64,000 nucleotides of DNA from an uncultured Verrucomicrobiae bacterium (GTDB lineage: Bacteria > Verrucomicrobiota > Verrucomicrobiia > Chthoniobacterales > JAFAMB01): assembly GCA_963762565.1 (NCBI GenBank), contig CAVXLD010000001.1:64001-128000 (forward strand), written 5' to 3'. The notes beneath the pieces were generated by a model that worked only from the letters and a program-made list of their open reading frames with translations, was not told the origin of the DNA and ran no database searches. Position 1 is the first letter of the stretch; the number at the start of each line of letters is the position of its first letter. Position numbers and translations under genes: made by a program. This document shows positions 59,350 to 64,000 of the stretch, one piece after another.

Positions 59350-60366
59350 ATGAAAACTACCTCATCACGGTTTGCCGGGTTGATCGCGCTGATCGCGATT
59401 TCGCCTCTGTCAGTTCACGCAGCTACCCAGCTGCAGGGAGCGGGAGCAACCTTTCCGGCACCACTCTATCAGCGTTGGATCGCTGAGTTCTCCAAAGCAA
59501 ACCCAGGAATTCAGATCAATTATCAAGGCGTTGGGAGCGGCGCGGGTATCAAGCAATTCACAGACGGTCTGGTGACGTTCGGCGCAAGCGATGCCGCAAT
59601 GACTGACGCACAAATTGCTAAAGTAAAGCAAGGCGCGGTGCTGATTCCAGCGACCGCCGGCAGCATTGTATTGGCCTACAACCTCCCTGGGGTTGAAACT
59701 CTGAAGTTGTCTCGCGACGCATACGCCGGGATCTTCTTGGGCAAGATCACCAAATGGAGCGACCCGGCTATAACGAAGACCAACGAGGGGGTAAAGCTTC
59801 CAGATTTGAACATTACGGTTTGCACCCGCTCTGACAGCAGCGGCACAAACTTTGTATTTACGGGCCACTTGTCTGCTATAAGCGCCGATTTTAAGAACCA
59901 AGTTGGACAGGGAACGTCTGTGACCTGGCCTGCGGGTGTGGCCGGCCAAGGCAATGACGGCGTCACCGCGCTCATTAAACAAACCCAAGGCGCCATCGGT
60001 TACGTCGAGTACGGTTACGCAAAGAATAACAAGATTCCTTTCGCACAACTACAGAACAAAGCAGGCGAGTTCGTAGAGGCCACCCCGGCGTCTGGAGCAG
60101 CAACGCTAAATACTACTGAGTTCCCGCCGAATATTCTGCGCGCTTGGCCGAGCGATCCTGCTGCGAAAGATGCTTATCCAATCGCCACGTTCACTTGGCT
60201 TCTCCTGTACAAGACCTACAGCGACAAAGACAAGCTCGCAGAGCTAAAGAAGTTCGTAACATATGGGTTGACCGATGGCCAGAAACTGTCCGACTCTCTC
60301 GGGTATATACCTATGCCTCCTGAGGTAGTGCAGAAGTGTGAGGCTGCGTTGGCCACCGTTCAATAG
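59350..60366 (+). CDS. pstS: Phosphate ABC transporter substrate-binding protein
   Basis: GAGATFPAPLY, GSGAGIKQF, FGASD, RSDSSGT, GNDGV, AYPIATFTW. Confidence 0.96.
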   Translation: MKTTSSRFAGLIALIAISPLSVHAATQLQGAGATFPAPLYQRWIAEFSKANPGIQINYQGVGSGAGIKQFTDGLVTFGASDAAMTDAQIAKVKQGAVLIPATAGSIVLAYNLPGVETLKLSRDAYAGIFLGKITKWSDPAITKTNEGVKLPDLNITVCTRSDSSGTNFVFTGHLSAISADFKNQVGQGTSVTWPAGVAGQGNDGVTALIKQTQGAIGYVEYGYAKNNKIPFAQLQNKAGEFVEATPASGAATLNTTEFPPNILRAWPSDPAAKDAYPIATFTWLLLYKTYSDKDKLAELKKFVTYGLTDGQKLSDSLGYIPMPPEVVQKCEAALATVQ

Positions 60367-60388
60367 AGCCCTTACTATAACGAATCCA

Positions 60389-61345
60389 ATGACAGACGGA
60401 GCCGAGTCCCCGACGCCAAGCTTTCACCGAAAAGGGTTTCGGTTCGACTTGTTCCGTGTATTTACGTGGGTGGCCTCCGTGGCAACGGTTGCCACCCTCG
60501 TTTGTATTGCCGCCAGTATTCTGATCCAGGCGTGGCCGGCCATTGCTCGCTTTGGCCTGGGCTTTTTTACCACTGTCGCGTGGAAGACCAGCGATCCGGA
60601 GAACTATGGAGTGCTTCCGTACCTGGTGGGGACAGCCCTCAGCTCGCTGATCGCTCTGTTACTGGCTTTACCGCTTGGCGTTCTTATTGCGATTTTCTTG
60701 AGTGAAAATTTCTTGGCGCTTCCTCTGCGTCATACGGTTCGGTTTGTGGTAGAGCTGCTAGCGGCGATTCCCAGTGTTATATACGGATTATGGGGTATCG
60801 CAGTGGTGATCCCCATTGTTCAGCGGATCGGCGGATCCATCGCCGGAGCGCTTGGGTTCCTGCCCCTGTTTGCAGGTCCGTCTTCCGGAAACAGCATGCT
60901 AACCGCAAGTTTGGTTCTAGCGTTGATGGTATTGCCAACCATCACGGCGATCTCAAGAACCGCGCTGGTAGCCGTGCCTGGGCAATTGCGAGAGGGATCG
61001 TACGCGATTGGCGCGACCCGCTGGGAGACAATTTTTGGTGTCTTGTTACCGACGGCTGCCCCCGGCATCGTGGCGGCCACGATTCTGGCGTTTGGCCGCG
61101 CCATGGGTGAAACCATGGCTGTCGCCATGCTCATTGGAAATAGCCCTCGACTGACTTGGTCGCTGCTTTCGCCGGCTGGAACACTGGCCAGTTTAATTGC
61201 CAATAAGTTTGGTGAAGCAGAGGACTTGCAAGTGAGCGCGCTTTTGTACGCCGCATTTGCTCTGATGCTCTTTACCTTGCTGGTGAACGTTATCGGCGAG
61301 TTGGTACTACGCCGAGCCCAAAAATCAATCAGCGGGTTGCGCTAA
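60389..61345 (+). CDS. pstC: Phosphate ABC transporter permease
   Basis: ELLAAIPSVIYGLWG, EGSYAIGATRWETI, GRAMGETMAV. Confidence 0.95.
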   Translation: MTDGAESPTPSFHRKGFRFDLFRVFTWVASVATVATLVCIAASILIQAWPAIARFGLGFFTTVAWKTSDPENYGVLPYLVGTALSSLIALLLALPLGVLIAIFLSENFLALPLRHTVRFVVELLAAIPSVIYGLWGIAVVIPIVQRIGGSIAGALGFLPLFAGPSSGNSMLTASLVLALMVLPTITAISRTALVAVPGQLREGSYAIGATRWETIFGVLLPTAAPGIVAATILAFGRAMGETMAVAMLIGNSPRLTWSLLSPAGTLASLIANKFGEAEDLQVSALLYAAFALMLFTLLVNVIGELVLRRAQKSISGLR

Positions 61346-61349
61346 CATC

Positions 61350-62240
61350 ATGTCGACCGCAGTTTTCAATCAAAATCTAGCGCCGGAAATGAAGGCCCAG
61401 AGCATCAGAGATCGGTTGCGCTTGGGTCGAAACCTATTTTGGACGGTGATCTGCGTCCTGGCTTCGTTTCTAACGCTGATCCCTCTCTTCTCGATCATAT
61501 TTCTGGTGGTCAGCAACGGGATTGGTTTGCTGACACCCAGCGTGTTTTTCCAGCTCCCGCCAGCTCCTGGACAAGAAGGAGGCGGTCTAGGAAATGCGAT
61601 TCAGGGCACAGCGCTTATGGTCGGAATTGCGATTTTCATCGCCGCGCCTCTTGGCATTTTATCCGCCGTCTATATTTCCGAATATGACAAGCGTTCCGTG
61701 CTGGCGGCGACAGTCAGATTCATTGCCAAACTGTTGACCGGCATCCCGTCGATCATTTGTGGTATGTTCGCGTTTGCGACCATCGTCGTAAGCACCCATA
61801 CAAAATCGTCTATTGCCGGCGGCGTTGCGCTGGCGGTTCTGGCTTTGCCCACAATCCTCTTAACGGCAGAACAAGCTCTGCTAGGAGTACCGCATGCTTT
61901 GCGCGAGGCCTCGTACGGTATGGGCGCGACGAAATTTCAAACCATCTTTCGCGTGGTTTTGCCCGAAGCCGTCCCGGCAATCATGACTGGGTTAATGTTG
62001 GCAATAGCCCGAGCTGCTGGCGAAACTGCACCGGTCCTGTTCACGGCGACTTCCAGCGCGTATTGGCTCTCGTCCCTGATGGAACCGACCCAATCGCTGG
62101 CAGAGCTCATTTATCGGTTCGGTAAATATCCATACCCTCACCTGATCCAGCTGGCCTGGACCGCTTCACTGGTGCTCGTCGTTCTCGTCACCCTGACGAA
62201 TGTGACCGCCCAGTTAGTGTTTGCTAAGCGGAGACGGTAA
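61350..62240 (+). CDS. pstA: Phosphate ABC transporter permease
   Basis: GGLGNAIQGT, GIPSII, REASYGMGAT, ARAAGETAP. Confidence 0.95.
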   Translation: MSTAVFNQNLAPEMKAQSIRDRLRLGRNLFWTVICVLASFLTLIPLFSIIFLVVSNGIGLLTPSVFFQLPPAPGQEGGGLGNAIQGTALMVGIAIFIAAPLGILSAVYISEYDKRSVLAATVRFIAKLLTGIPSIICGMFAFATIVVSTHTKSSIAGGVALAVLALPTILLTAEQALLGVPHALREASYGMGATKFQTIFRVVLPEAVPAIMTGLMLAIARAAGETAPVLFTATSSAYWLSSLMEPTQSLAELIYRFGKYPYPHLIQLAWTASLVLVVLVTLTNVTAQLVFAKRRR

Positions 62241-62281
62241 AAGACAGCGAATGGGCGAGTAGGCGCACCGGCGAAAGGGCG

Positions 62282-62552
62282 TGGTAGGGCGAGGCTCCCG
62301 AACACCAAGGGGTTTTCGCGGAGCTGGGATCGGACCAGACACCCATTATCGTTGCGACGCCTTAAATCCCGCCGAGCCGTGGTCCCAGCGCTCGCCAAAC
62401 CGATGGGATCAGCTTCATTTTTCGGCCGTGCGCGGGGGGTGGCACGTTGAATATCCGCGGCTCGGCATTTCTAGCGGCCTTTGATCACGACGGGCAGCAC
62501 ACGTCGTGGTCCTTGGAAAAAGGTTTGGAAATGCGGGAGCCTCGCCCTACCA
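62282..62552. repeat. REPIN-like element, family B
   Basis: tggtagggcgaggctcccg / cgggagcctcgccctacca; inner gccgagccg / cggctcggc. Confidence 0.83.
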
Positions 62553-62558
62553 AACTGC

Positions 62559-64000
62559 TCACTTCGCATACCCCACGGGCGACTTGCCGCCGGGCTCGAG
62601 CTGAGCGGACGGCTTGGGGCCGCCCCAAAGGAACGTGATGGCGGCACTAACGACGTCGATGCTGACGCCGAACTTCCCGCTGACGTTATGGCCTAGGCTG
62701 TCGGTAAAATTGACCGCCGCGTCTTGCGCAAAAAGGTGGGCATAACCAACGTCGAACGCGACGAAAGAGCACGGCTGCCAGCGGAGCCCGGCAGAGAGGA
62801 AATAACGGCTGTTATCCGGGATCCGGGGATCTCGAGTCTGGGCGCTCTGGATCGGGGTTTCATCGTAAGCGAAGCCGGCGCGGAGCGTGAGTTGTTTTAG
62901 GGCATACCATTCAAAGCCGATCGAATAACGGAGCGAATCATCGTACTGAAGATTCAAGACGTTCGTTGGAGTAGATGGATTGCTAAAGGTGATATCGACC
63001 TGTTGCAGCCGGTTCCAGCGAGTCCACTCAATGTCACCCATCACGGCAAATTTCTGGAGAAATCGTTGGTAGAGGCTGAAGTGATAGATCGCCGGAAGAT
63101 CCAACCCGGCGCTGGCGTTTTGATTAAAGAACACATCTTGCAGTGCGCTGGGGAAAGGGAATTGGACCGGTGCTCCGATCGCGTTGAGACTCGGAACTCC
63201 CCGAAATTCGCCAGTCCCTTGCAAAGTATGGTCGATGGCGGAGCGATAGCTAAACCCGAATCGGCCATCCTGCAGAAACTCGAGTTCGTTACCTTTGAGG
63301 TATTCGAAGATGAATCCAACAGTAAACCCCACGCTCCAATCGTCCCCTTGAACCTCGGCCACCCCATCGCGCCCTTGGGGCACGAAACCGGCCGCAGAAT
63401 AGGCCCGCTCCGTCGCTGCCACCACCCCGGGGATAGCGGCCAACGGGACTCCGGAGGCGGCAAGTCGCGCCGGGAGCGCAGCATAGAAAGGAGCCAAGGT
63501 TTCCGCCCCGATCTCGCCAAAATCAATCGCTTGGGTGAGCCGGGCTGAGGCGTATTGGACGTCTAGTCCGGCTCCGATGGAAATTCTATCAAGGAAACGG
63601 TAAGCGATAGTCGGCTGGATATCGAACGTTGTTAGTTTAGTCCTCAGCGCTGCATAGCGACCCACCCAATCGGGTTCATAGTTTGTCTCAAGACCGAAGG
63701 GAACAGTAAGTCCGATCCCGACACTCAAATCGCCGTAAACAGGACTCCGGAACAATGGTTGAGAAAGATAAACATTCGGAATCAGATGATCGACGCCAGG
63801 GTCGCCGCCATTTCCTCCGGTTAGCGGTTCATTGTTGAACGGAGTTCCGGGCGCGACTAAGTGAGAGCCCTGATTCTGGAAGGTGGCGTTGGGGATAATA
63901 AATTGTCCGCCGATTTGCAACTGGCCCTGGTCGAGCAACGCAAGTCCGGCCGGATTGAAAAAGATGGTTGAGGCGTCCTCGGCCTGAGCAGCGCCACCGG
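62559..64000 (-). CDS. OmpP1/FadL-family outer-membrane transporter, 5'-truncated by window edge
   Basis: Frame open to edge: GGAAQAEDASTIFFNPAGL; VPFGL.T.Y, LRAGFAYDETP, PRIPD. Confidence 0.9.
   Translation of the reverse strand, partial: GGAAQAEDASTIFFNPAGLALLDQGQLQIGGQFIIPNATFQNQGSHLVAPGTPFNNEPLTGGNGGDPGVDHLIPNVYLSQPLFRSPVYGDLSVGIGLTVPFGLETNYEPDWVGRYAALRTKLTTFDIQPTIAYRFLDRISIGAGLDVQYASARLTQAIDFGEIGAETLAPFYAALPARLAASGVPLAAIPGVVAATERAYSAAGFVPQGRDGVAEVQGDDWSVGFTVGFIFEYLKGNELEFLQDGRFGFSYRSAIDHTLQGTGEFRGVPSLNAIGAPVQFPFPSALQDVFFNQNASAGLDLPAIYHFSLYQRFLQKFAVMGDIEWTRWNRLQQVDITFSNPSTPTNVLNLQYDDSLRYSIGFEWYALKQLTLRAGFAYDETPIQSAQTRDPRIPDNSRYFLSAGLRWQPCSFVAFDVGYAHLFAQDAAVNFTDSLGHNVSGKFGVSIDVVSAAITFLWGGPKPSAQLEPGGKSPVGYAK

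Overview
A 64-kb chromosomal window. The gene content (ADOP/MacB-type permease expansion, GxxExxY gene, HpnO-like aminotransferase) and repeat style suggest a soil Verrucomicrobiota/Chthoniobacterales-like bacterium; this taxonomy is inference only. Coding content: oxidoreductases, hydrolases and regulators (1-24 kb); a ~28-kb minus-strand locus with a sigma-54 two-component system, a HlyD-type adaptor, two ABC ATPases and seven tandem ~800-aa MacB/ADOP permeases, interrupted by peptidase E and a VapBC pair; then cupin, GxxExxY nuclease, NCS2 permease, HUH (IS200/RAYT-like) transposase, hppD, truncated hmgA, TetR, pstSCA and a partial FadL porin. The most striking signal is non-coding. Most larger intergenic gaps hold palindromic elements: (i) inverted arms of 6-9-bp tandem repeats, often fused to the neighbouring stop or start codons, with a consistent strand polarity; (ii) at least five REP/REPIN-like families; (iii) nested combinations of these. 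One nonamer-arm family has an apparently autonomous member, a GxxExxY PD-(D/E)XK nuclease gene between perfect 33-bp inverted arms, plus several gene-less copies. This is the best candidate for an undescribed mobile or repeat-generating system. Several single-base frameshifts may be sequencing errors. No CRISPR, rRNA or tRNA was seen.
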